Position numbers and translations under genes: made by a program | Part shown: one piece after another, positions 26,333 through 34,270 of the stretch | Numbering within the stretch: the first letter of the stretch is position 1 | Layout: each line of letters begins with the position of its first letter | Notes under the pieces: generated by a model | Told to the model about the DNA's origin: nothing | Database searches by the model: none | Seen by the model: the letters and a program-made list of their open reading frames with translations, nothing else | Source of the DNA: an uncultured Rhodanobacteraceae bacterium | Lineage (GTDB): Bacteria; Pseudomonadota; Gammaproteobacteria; Xanthomonadales; SZUA-5 | Reading direction: 5' to 3' | Assembly (NCBI GenBank): GCA_937928755.1 | Contig: CALEZI010000050.1 | Coordinates: forward strand, 2,361 to 66,360 | Length of the DNA stretch: 64,000 nucleotides

Positions 26333-29300
26333 ATGAACAGGTTTTCTTCGGGTGCGCTGCTGTCGATGCTGTTGCTGGCCGGCGGGGCACTTGCGGCTGG
26401 CAACGCACCTCCCGGTTCGACGCGCGCGCCAGCGGCGCCCGCTGCGACCGGCGTGTCGTTGACCAATGTGTCCAGTTTCGAGGACCCGTGCGGCGGCGTG
26501 CGCTACAACGCCACGTTGACCTTCACCGGCACCACCAACGATGGCGGCGGCAACGACACCGTCTGGCTGGTCATCTTCGATGATTCGGTCGAGAAGTTTG
26601 CGCAGACGTTCACCGCGCCGGTGAACCAGCAACGCTCGCACCAGATTGCCGTCGAGTATCCGGGCAGTGTCGGTACCGTGGTCCCCGGTATCGGCATCTA
26701 TGTTCGCGAAACCCGCACTTCCGGCGATCTGCTGGTATTCGACCCGTTCCTGCCGACGCGTCTTTCCACCTGCACCATCGGCGGCACGCCGCCGACGCTG
26801 GGGTTCAATCCGACCATCAACACGATCATTGCCTACGGCAGCAATGGCAGCGCCAGCCCGATCGGGGTCATCAATGCGGGTGGCGGCTCCGGCAGCGGCC
26901 CGGCGGCCACCACGACGCTGAGCAATTGCGTGATCAATTCGGGCGGCGCCGCATTTCCCACGAGTTCATTCAACCCGAATGTCAGCGCGGTTGGCAGCGG
27001 CAACCCGTCGCCGGCCAGTTTCAGCCTGCCGAATTGCGTTCCGCAGGCGACCGTGGTCTCCACCAGCATGCAATGCGCGGAAACCCGCGGCAGCGGCGGC
27101 ACGGTGACGCAGCGCTTCTGGACGCTTTCCTGTCCTGCGGGTGCTGCGCCCGTGGCACCCCCACGGCTGGGCAGTCCGACGGTTGCGGCAGTGACGCCGA
27201 GCGGCGCGCTGCCCAACGGCAACAGTCAGGCGCCATCGATATCGCGCACCGGCAATCGCGTGGCCTACACCTCGGATGCCAGCAACATCGTTCCGGGCGA
27301 TCCCAATAACAGCAACGACATCTTCCTGCGCGATCGGGTGACGGCTACCACCACTCGCGTCAGCGCATTGGCCGCCCCGTTGAGCGCGGACCCCAACGAA
27401 GTTTTCGACGATCCGGCGATCTCGGCCGATGGCAATGTCGTGGCCTTCACTGGCGTTACCACCGGTCAGGTGTTTGCTGCCGCCGGAGGCGTCGGTCGCA
27501 AGATCAGCGCGAACGCAGCCGGTGTGCTCGGCAACGCCGACTCCGCCAACGCGTTCCCGACCAATGATGGCTCGCAGGTGTTCTTCCAGTCGCGCGCGAC
27601 CAACCTGCTCGCCGGCAGCGACGGCAATGGCAACACCGCCGACATCTTCGTCAAGAATCTGGGTAATGAGTCGGTCACGCTGGTCACGGTCGGGCCCAAC
27701 GGTGAGCCGGCGGACGGTCCCAGCGCCGCGCCGTCGGCGTCCGCCGACGGCCAGACCGTCGTGTTCCATTCGCTGGCGACCAACATCGTGCCCGGTGGCG
27801 CGCCGACGCCGACTGCCTTCAGCCAGAACTTCGACAGCGTTACCGCGCCGACATTGCCGTCGGGTTGGAGCGCGCAGAACACGGTGTCCGGCAACGGCTT
27901 GCGCTGGGTGACCAGTGCCGGTGCCAGTCCGCCGGCGGCGAGCTTGCCCAACGCCGTCAGCGTCGACGAGGAAGGCGTGGTGTCGAACAAGCTGCTCGAC
28001 AGCCCGTTGTTGACGCTGACAGCGCAGCCGGCGACGCTCACGTTCCGCCGTTTCCATGACCTCGAGGTGGATGCCGGGGGCGCCTATGACGGCCTCGTGC
28101 TGGAACTGTCGGTCAACGGCGGTGGCTTCATTGATGCGGTCGGCGCCGGCGGGAGCTTCACCCAGGGCGGCTACACCGGTGTGATCTCCAGCAACTTCTC
28201 CAGTCCGATCGCCGGTCGCAGTGCCTGGACCGGTGCTACCGGCGGCAGTTATGCCACCACGGTGTACTCGCTGCCGGGCAACATCGCCGCCGGCAGCAGC
28301 GTGCGCTTCCGTTGGCGCCTGGCGACCGACGTGTCGGTCGCCGGCAATGGCGCGCGCATCGACAGCATCACTTCGACCAACCTGACGCAGCCGTCGACGG
28401 TGGTCGACAAGTTGCCGCCTGGCGTCAAGGCCGGCACCATCCAGCAAGCGACGATGATGCGCGAATCGGGCCGCAGTCGCTTCTACTTGAGCCGCAACCG
28501 AACCACCGGCGAGCTCGGCAATGGCGACAGCACCAATGTCAGAGTGACGCCGGACGGCCGTTGGGCGGTGTTCGAATCCGACGCCACCAACCTGATCTCT
28601 GGCGACACCAACGGTTTCAAGGACATCTTCCGCGTCGAGGTCGTCAACAACCAGGTGGTCGGCATGGACAAGGTGACGGTGACCAAGGCCGGCGTACAGG
28701 CCAACGGTCCCAGCTTCCTGCCGCAGATCAGCGACGATGGACTGCTGATCACCTTCCAGACCGAAGCCACCAACCTGGTTCCGCCGGACACCAACGGGCA
28801 ACCGGACGTGATGGTGAAGTCGATGATCACCGGCGACGTACTGCGCATGTCGCAGACCACGGACGGGCAGGAGCCCAACGGACTTACCGTGCTGCCGGTG
28901 ATCTCCGGCGACGGCAGTACGCTCGCTTTCTGCACGCTCGCCACCAATGTCGCGCCGGGGGACAACAACAATGCGGCCGACATGCTCACCTCCAGCATCC
29001 AGAGCGGACTGCCGCGCGACGAGCCCGGCCTGGTGCGCTTCACCTTGCCGACGCCGAATCCGCCGAATGCCAACTGCCCGGCCGGATTCTTCAGCGCGGT
29101 GGTCGACGATGGCCCGGGCGCCGGCTTGACCTCGGGCGCTTTCGGGGTGGAGGTGCTGCTCGACGATCCGGGTACCCGGGTGCTTGCCGGTGGCCTCAAC
29201 TTCGGCGGCCTGATCGATGTCAGCCAGGTCGGTTTCGCGGCCTTCAACATCGCCAACCCGGCGAACGAATCGCAACGCCTGAATCTGTCGCTGAGCGGCA

Positions 29301-29764
29301 GCCCGTCGAGCAGTTCGAGCGCCAGCTACCCGGTGCGCGTGCGCATCGCCCGGCGCACGGCGACCACCACCGATGTCGTTTTCGACAGTACGCAGACGAT
29401 CTCGCTGACCAGCCCGTTCACCACCACCATCGATCTGCCGCCGGCATTCTATGAGGCCACCGTGGCGCCCACTTCCGGGACCACCGGCGGTGCTCCAGAA
29501 GGTCAGTTCTTCTTCTCGCTGACGACCAGCTTCATCAATCGTCCCGGCGGCGGTTTCCAGGGTGGCGCAGTGGTCGGCGGTTATCACGCCCCGCACCCCT
29601 TTGGTGGGGTCAGCGGTTTTGCGGCTTTCTGCCTGGCGACGCCGCATACCACCAGTGTGCGCGTGCTGTCGCAACCGAGTTACGGGCCGGCGGGTGCCAA
29701 AGACCTGCGCTTGCGCATGCAGGATGCGCAACAGCGCGATGTGGTGGTGGTGCCGTCGAACTGA
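26333..29764 (+). CDS. secreted multidomain protein P2: PD40/TolB-like beta-propeller repeats, jelly-roll (MAM / choice-of-anchor-J-like) insert, C-terminal shared Cys-Cys module (copy 2)
   Basis: ORF 26300..29764. The ATG at 26333 is preceded by GGAGG and gives MNRFSSGALLSMLLLAGGALA. Repeated ...(V/A)(A/F)(F/Y)xSxAxNL(V/I)xGDxNxxxD(I/V)F(V/L)(R/K) blades are present. FSQNFDSVTAPTLPSGWSAQN begins the jelly-roll domain. The last 241 aa are the shared module. Confidence 0.8.
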   Translation: MNRFSSGALLSMLLLAGGALAAGNAPPGSTRAPAAPAATGVSLTNVSSFEDPCGGVRYNATLTFTGTTNDGGGNDTVWLVIFDDSVEKFAQTFTAPVNQQRSHQIAVEYPGSVGTVVPGIGIYVRETRTSGDLLVFDPFLPTRLSTCTIGGTPPTLGFNPTINTIIAYGSNGSASPIGVINAGGGSGSGPAATTTLSNCVINSGGAAFPTSSFNPNVSAVGSGNPSPASFSLPNCVPQATVVSTSMQCAETRGSGGTVTQRFWTLSCPAGAAPVAPPRLGSPTVAAVTPSGALPNGNSQAPSISRTGNRVAYTSDASNIVPGDPNNSNDIFLRDRVTATTTRVSALAAPLSADPNEVFDDPAISADGNVVAFTGVTTGQVFAAAGGVGRKISANAAGVLGNADSANAFPTNDGSQVFFQSRATNLLAGSDGNGNTADIFVKNLGNESVTLVTVGPNGEPADGPSAAPSASADGQTVVFHSLATNIVPGGAPTPTAFSQNFDSVTAPTLPSGWSAQNTVSGNGLRWVTSAGASPPAASLPNAVSVDEEGVVSNKLLDSPLLTLTAQPATLTFRRFHDLEVDAGGAYDGLVLELSVNGGGFIDAVGAGGSFTQGGYTGVISSNFSSPIAGRSAWTGATGGSYATTVYSLPGNIAAGSSVRFRWRLATDVSVAGNGARIDSITSTNLTQPSTVVDKLPPGVKAGTIQQATMMRESGRSRFYLSRNRTTGELGNGDSTNVRVTPDGRWAVFESDATNLISGDTNGFKDIFRVEVVNNQVVGMDKVTVTKAGVQANGPSFLPQISDDGLLITFQTEATNLVPPDTNGQPDVMVKSMITGDVLRMSQTTDGQEPNGLTVLPVISGDGSTLAFCTLATNVAPGDNNNAADMLTSSIQSGLPRDEPGLVRFTLPTPNPPNANCPAGFFSAVVDDGPGAGLTSGAFGVEVLLDDPGTRVLAGGLNFGGLIDVSQVGFAAFNIANPANESQRLNLSLSGSPSSSSSASYPVRVRIARRTATTTDVVFDSTQTISLTSPFTTTIDLPPAFYEATVAPTSGTTGGAPEGQFFFSLTTSFINRPGGGFQGGAVVGGYHAPHPFGGVSGFAAFCLATPHTTSVRVLSQPSYGPAGAKDLRLRMQDAQQRDVVVVPSN
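29039..29761 (+). other. shared Cys-Cys module, copy 2 (C-terminus of P2)
   Basis: FTLPTPNPPNANCPAGFF...LAGGLNFGGLIDVSQVGFAAFNIANPANE...PPAFYEATVAP...GGFQGGAVVGGYH...GFAAFCLATPHT...DLRLRM. Confidence 0.75.
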
Positions 29765-29783
29765 CGGGTGCCAGCCGCGCCCG

Positions 29784-29847
29784 TTGGGGGCGGGCTTGTG
29801 CCGCGAGCCTCGAAACACCCGAGCTCGCGGGACAGGCCCGCTTTCAC
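29784..29847. repeat. degenerate REP doublet (TGTGGGAGCGGGCTTGTCCCGCGA family)
   Basis: ttgggggcgggcttgtgccgcgag ... ctcgcgggacaggcccgctttcac, just after the P2 stop. Confidence 0.6.
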
Positions 29848-30009
29848 TCGGGGCGCTTGTGTGCCGGCAGCAGCGACCTTGAGTCGCGCGCTCCGACCAT
29901 GATGGTCGCCAACGATCCCGATCGCGCTGGGTTCGCCAGAACACAGCGCCGCCACCATCGACAGGTGTACAGTCACCCTTGTTGCGTCAATCACGTTGCG
30001 GAGTAGCCC

Positions 30010-33000
30010 ATGGGTATGTCGCGTCCGTTTTTCCCGTTTTTCCGCGGCATGGTGCCCGGAAGTGTCGTGGCGCTGCTGCTGTTGGCGTGCGCCATGCCGG
30101 CGCTTGCTGCGTCTCCCGGCATCGATGGCGACCTCGGGTCGTTGGCCCCGGCTTACCGCACTTACCTCGTGTCGCCGCCGGACGTCAGCAAATTCATCGC
30201 CGAGGACAGCAAGACCAACCAGGCGCCCTATCGCTATGGCGTCGAAGTGGCAACGCCCGGCCTCTATCTGCAGGACGGCAAGCCCAGCCACGGTGTGATT
30301 GAAACCCTGCCCGACGGGCGTCGCCTGTGGCGCGTCGAGGTGGTTTCGCCGGGCGCGCTCTCGCTGGAGTTCGCGTTCGCCAAGCTCGGCTTGCCGGGTG
30401 GCGCCGAATTGTTCATCCACTCCCGCGACCGAGCGCTCTCGCGCGGCCCGATTCGCGCCGCCGACGTGCAGCCGGATGGCCGCTATTTCTCGGCCTTCGT
30501 GCCGGGCGACACCGCCATCCTGGAAGTTGCGATGGCATCCGCCGCATTCGCCGACGCCGAAATCCGCGTCGCCAATGTGGGCCACGCTTACCGCGGCATC
30601 TTCGAAGCCTTACGCGGCAACAAGTCAGGAAGCTGCAATGTCGATACCATCTGCCCGCTCGGCGACCAGTGGCGCGACCAGATCGACGCTGTCGGCCACT
30701 ACACGCTGCGTACCGGCGGCGGTACCGCGGTGTGCACCGGCAGTTTGATCGCGAATACCCGAAACGACACCACGCCGTACTTTCTGACCGCCAACCACTG
30801 CCTCAGCACCGAAGCCGTCGCCGACACCGTGGTGGTCTACTGGAATTACCAGTCGAGTACCTGTCGCGCGCCGGGCTCCGCCTCGAGCGGCACGCCGCTG
30901 CCATCGTCGATCGCCACGCATACCCAATCGGGTACCGCGCTGGTGGCCACCAGTGCCGCCAGCGACTTCGCGCTGTTGCGTCTCGACAGCGCCGTGCCGA
31001 CCGCAGCCAATCCGTTCTGGACCGGCTGGGATGTGCGTGGCGACGCGCCGCCCACCGCGGTCACCATCCATCACCCGGCGGGCGACGAAAAGCGCATTTC
31101 CGACACCATCATCCCGTTGACCACCTCGGCCTACCTGGGTGCGGAAGGTAGCGGCACCACACACTGGCGCGTCGCCGACTGGAACAACGGCACTACCGAG
31201 GGCGGCTCTTCCGGTTCCGGCCTGTGGAGCCCGAGCAAGCAACTGATCGGTCAACTGCACGGTGGTTTCGCGGCCTGCGGCAACAATGAAGCCGATTGGT
31301 ACGGGAAGTTGTCGGTGTCCTGGAACGGCGGCGGTACGCCGACCACGCGCCTGCGCGACTGGCTCGACCCGATCAACAGCGGCGTCAGCACACTGAACGG
31401 CAATCGCGCATCCGGCGGCAGTGGTGGCATGGTTCTCGGTGGAACCGCTGATGAGCCGAGTGCGAGCCGTGTCGCATTGCCGACGCCGAATCCGCCGAAC
31501 GCCAGTTGCCCGGCCGGCTTCTTCATCGCCACCGTTGCCGATGGCCCGCAGGCAGGCCTGACGCCGGGCGCTTTTGGCATGGAACTGCTGCTGGACGCGC
31601 CGGGAACGCGAGTCCTCGCGGGTGGGCTCAACTTCGGTGGCCTGATCGACGTCAGCCAGGTCGGTTTCGCGGCGTTCAACATCGCCAACAATGCGAACGT
31701 GCAGCAGACCTTGAACCTGAGCCTGACCGGTAGCCCGTCGAACAACAGCGCGGGCAGCATTCCGGTGCGCATCCGCATCGCAAGGCGCACGGCGACCACC
31801 ACCGACGTGGTTTTCGAAAGCACGCAGACGATCTCGCTGGCGACTCCCTACGTGACCAGCATCAACCTGCCGCCGGCGTTCTACGAGGCTACCGTGGCGC
31901 CGATTTCGGGCACACCCGGTGGTGCGCCGGAGGGTCAGTTCTTCTTCTCGCTGACGACCAACTTCGTCAACAGCACCGGTGGCGGCTTCGAAGGCGGCGC
32001 GGTGGTTGGCGGCTACCATGCGGAGCATCCCTTCGGCGGTGTGTCCGGCTTCGCCGCGTTCTGCCTGGCGACGCCGCATACCGTGAGCATGCGCGTGCTG
32101 TCGGCGCCCAGCTATGGCGCTACCGGCGCGCGCGACCTGCGGCTGCAGATTCTCGATGCGCAGCAGGCGGTGGTGGTCACGCATCCGACCGGAGGCGGCG
32201 GCAACGTCGCACCGACGGCCAACTTCAGTTTCACCACCAATGGCCTGACCGCGAATTTCGTCGACGCCTCCAGCGACAGCGATGGCAGCATCGCTTCGCG
32301 CAGTTGGAATTTCGGCGACGGCGGCACCTCGACGGCGACCAATCCAACGCGCACCTACGCTGCCGCCGGAACCTACACGGTGACGCTGACAGTGACCGAC
32401 AACGGCGGCGCAAGCAGTACCACCTCGCGCTCGGTGACGCTGACCTCGGGTGGTGGCGGCGCGGTGCAACTGGCAAACAATGTGGCCGTCAACGGATCCA
32501 CCAACTCGACGACGCCGAACAGCAGTTTTGCCGAGTACACCGTGGTGATTCCGGCCGGCGCCAGCAACCTCAGCATCGCCACCACCAATGCCACCGGCGA
32601 TCTCGACCTGCACGTGCGCTTCGGCCAGGCGCCGACCCTGACCACCTTCGACTGCCGGCCGTTCCTCGACAGCGGCAACGAAACCTGCACCTTCCCGACG
32701 CCGGGCGCCGGCACCTATTTCGTGCGCGTCTATGGATTCGCCACCGGGCCGCAGACCTTCACCATCCGCGCATCATGGACGGTCGCCGCCGGCAATGCCT
32801 TGCAGAATGGCGTGGCGGTGAACGGTTCGACCAATTCGAGCACGCCGAACGGCAGCTTTGCCGAGTACACCGTGGTGCTGCCGGCGGGCGCCAGCAATCT
32901 CAACATAAGCACCAGCAACGCAACCGGGGACCTCGATCTCTACGTGCGCTTCGGCCAGGCGCCGACACTCACCACTTTCGACTGTCGTCCCTTCCTCGAC

Positions 33001-33117
33001 AGCGGCAACGAGAGCTGCATATTCGCCTCGCCCAGCGCCGGGACGTACTTCATCCGCGTCTACGGATTCGATACCGGGCAACGGACATTCACCATCCGCG
33101 CGACCTGGAACCCGTGA
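30010..33117 (+). CDS. lysyl endopeptidase (Lys-C / Achromobacter protease I family, S1) precursor with shared module (copy 3), one PKD and two PPC domains
   Basis: 1035 aa. The catalytic core SGSCNVDTICPLGD...CTGSLIANT...YFLTANHC...VVYWNYQSSTCRAPG...SDFALLRL...IHHPAGDEKRIS...EGGSSGSGLW...GQLHGG aligns with Lys-C/API (TAHHC His, SDFTLLEL Asp, PGSSGSP Ser). The shared module follows, then a PKD domain (NFSFT...WNFGDGGTS...YTVTLTVTD), then two copies of a PPC domain (GDLDLHVRFGQAPT...FDCRPFLDSGNE.C). Confidence 0.88.
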   Translation: MGMSRPFFPFFRGMVPGSVVALLLLACAMPALAASPGIDGDLGSLAPAYRTYLVSPPDVSKFIAEDSKTNQAPYRYGVEVATPGLYLQDGKPSHGVIETLPDGRRLWRVEVVSPGALSLEFAFAKLGLPGGAELFIHSRDRALSRGPIRAADVQPDGRYFSAFVPGDTAILEVAMASAAFADAEIRVANVGHAYRGIFEALRGNKSGSCNVDTICPLGDQWRDQIDAVGHYTLRTGGGTAVCTGSLIANTRNDTTPYFLTANHCLSTEAVADTVVVYWNYQSSTCRAPGSASSGTPLPSSIATHTQSGTALVATSAASDFALLRLDSAVPTAANPFWTGWDVRGDAPPTAVTIHHPAGDEKRISDTIIPLTTSAYLGAEGSGTTHWRVADWNNGTTEGGSSGSGLWSPSKQLIGQLHGGFAACGNNEADWYGKLSVSWNGGGTPTTRLRDWLDPINSGVSTLNGNRASGGSGGMVLGGTADEPSASRVALPTPNPPNASCPAGFFIATVADGPQAGLTPGAFGMELLLDAPGTRVLAGGLNFGGLIDVSQVGFAAFNIANNANVQQTLNLSLTGSPSNNSAGSIPVRIRIARRTATTTDVVFESTQTISLATPYVTSINLPPAFYEATVAPISGTPGGAPEGQFFFSLTTNFVNSTGGGFEGGAVVGGYHAEHPFGGVSGFAAFCLATPHTVSMRVLSAPSYGATGARDLRLQILDAQQAVVVTHPTGGGGNVAPTANFSFTTNGLTANFVDASSDSDGSIASRSWNFGDGGTSTATNPTRTYAAAGTYTVTLTVTDNGGASSTTSRSVTLTSGGGGAVQLANNVAVNGSTNSTTPNSSFAEYTVVIPAGASNLSIATTNATGDLDLHVRFGQAPTLTTFDCRPFLDSGNETCTFPTPGAGTYFVRVYGFATGPQTFTIRASWTVAAGNALQNGVAVNGSTNSSTPNGSFAEYTVVLPAGASNLNISTSNATGDLDLYVRFGQAPTLTTFDCRPFLDSGNESCIFASPSAGTYFIRVYGFDTGQRTFTIRATWNP
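31474..32187 (+). other. shared Cys-Cys module, copy 3 (internal, in the protease)
   Basis: ALPTPNPPNASCPAGFF...LAGGLNFGGLIDVSQVGFAAFNIANNAN...PPAFYEATVAP...GGFEGGAVVGGYH...GFAAFCLATPHT...DLRLQI. My hand alignment to copy 2 gives about 185/230 identical residues. Confidence 0.75.
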
Positions 33118-33156
33118 CGAACACCCGCGACTGCCGATGGGTGAACATGCATTGAC

Positions 33157-33187
33157 GGCGGAATCGCCTCTGGCGGTTCCGCCTTTC
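33157..33187 (+). terminator. possible intrinsic terminator after the protease gene
   Basis: ggcggaa-tcgcctctggcgg-ttccgcc followed by tttc. The stem is 7 bp, the loop is large and the T-tract is short, so the call is weak. Confidence 0.3.
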
Positions 33188-33324
33188 TGGAAGCGAAATC
33201 CGCCAACAATCCAGATGCGGATCGGCTGCAGCGTCGCCTCCGGCGGTTGCGCCCTGCTCGTCGGCGGGCTTGCCGCCGTTCGCCTGCGGCCCTGATCATC
33301 GGCGGTTTTTCCGGGACGGCCCGC

Positions 33325-34185
33325 ATGACCCTCGATCTGCCGCACGGCTTCAAGCGTTGGTCCAACTTTGCCGAGGTCGAGGCCGGTGCGTTTCGGCTGG
33401 GCGAGGAATGGCGCGGCCAGCAGGCGTTCCAGGCGCAACTGCTGGCGAACGGTCGCGAGCGCAAGGTCGGTGGCTATTGCGCGCTGTGCCAGTGCGAAAC
33501 CGAGTTCGCGATCCGCGGGCCTGAGGGTGTCGAGCCGAACTGGCGCGAGACGATGAACTGCGCGCAGTGCGAATTGATCAATCGCTGGCGCGCCAGCGCG
33601 CACCTGTACGCGCTGCTGGCACCCACGGCGCCGCCCGGTCCGGTGTACATGACCGAACAGACCACGCCGCTGTTCGCCTGGATGGCCGAGCGTTATCCCG
33701 GTTTGATCGGCAGCGAGTACCTCGGGCCCGAAGTTGCACCAGGCGCGACGGTGTCGCGACACGGGCATTCACTGCGCCACGAGGACATCACCGCGCTGTC
33801 GATGGCCGATGCCAGCCTGGCCGCGATCCTGAGCTTCGACGTGCTCGAACACGTGCCCGACTACCGCGGCGCCGTGCGCGAATTCGCGCGCACCCTGATG
33901 CCCGGCGGTCTGTTGCTGCTGACCGCACCGTTCCATTTTCAGGGCGCGCAGACCATCGTGCGCGCCCGCCTCGGCGGCGATGGTCATATCGAGCACGTGC
34001 TGCCGGCGATGTACCACGGCGACCCGCTGAGCGCCGACGGCGTGCTTTGCTGGCAGGAGTTCGGCTGGGATCTGTTGACGGAACTTAACAATGCCGGCTT
34101 CGGTCAGACCGAAGTGATCAGCTGCTGGGCGCCGGAATTCGGTTACCTCGGTGGTCTGCAACCGTTCGTGGTTGCCAGGCGTTAG
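33325..34185 (+). CDS. class I SAM-dependent methyltransferase with N-terminal CxxC...CxxC zinc-ribbon
   Basis: ORF 33247..34185, with start at MTLDLPHGFKRW (ATG 33325). Contains YCALCQCETEF...MNCAQCELINRW and, later, ILSFDVLEHVPDYRGAVREFARTLMPGGLLLLTAPF (methyltransferase post-I/II motifs). Confidence 0.7.
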   Translation: MTLDLPHGFKRWSNFAEVEAGAFRLGEEWRGQQAFQAQLLANGRERKVGGYCALCQCETEFAIRGPEGVEPNWRETMNCAQCELINRWRASAHLYALLAPTAPPGPVYMTEQTTPLFAWMAERYPGLIGSEYLGPEVAPGATVSRHGHSLRHEDITALSMADASLAAILSFDVLEHVPDYRGAVREFARTLMPGGLLLLTAPFHFQGAQTIVRARLGGDGHIEHVLPAMYHGDPLSADGVLCWQEFGWDLLTELNNAGFGQTEVISCWAPEFGYLGGLQPFVVARR

Positions 34186-34270
34186 GCGCATTCCTGAAGT
34201 CCAGGGGCCCGGCGCCTTGGCGCCGTGGTTCGCCGCATCGGCAATTGCCCTGGATGACCTGGAGTTCCCC

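Noticed and set aside
29039-29761. The shared module as a known C-terminal sorting signal (T9SS CTD, PEP-CTERM, LPXTG, autotransporter beta-domain, T1SS RTX signal).
   Set aside because: It is too long (225-240 aa) and is not always C-terminal (N-proximal in P1, internal in the protease). It lacks a terminal TM helix and basic tail, lacks Gly-rich RTX nonapeptides, and shows no amphipathic beta-barrel periodicity with a terminal aromatic residue.
26966-29944. Very long antisense or alternate-frame ORFs in the track. Examples are 26966..29944(-) 992 aa, 37463..40300(-) 945 aa, 2943..4862(-) 639 aa, 5570..7765(+) 731 aa, 17144..18895(+) 583 aa, 20708..22555(-) 615 aa, 30625..32613(-) 662 aa, 35309..36955(-) 548 aa and 59391..61199(+) 602 aa.
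   Set aside because: These are typical high-GC shadow ORFs. Their translations are Arg/Ala/Gly/Pro-rich and low in complexity, with no recognisable motifs. Each lies opposite or out of frame to a gene with clear homology or domain structure.
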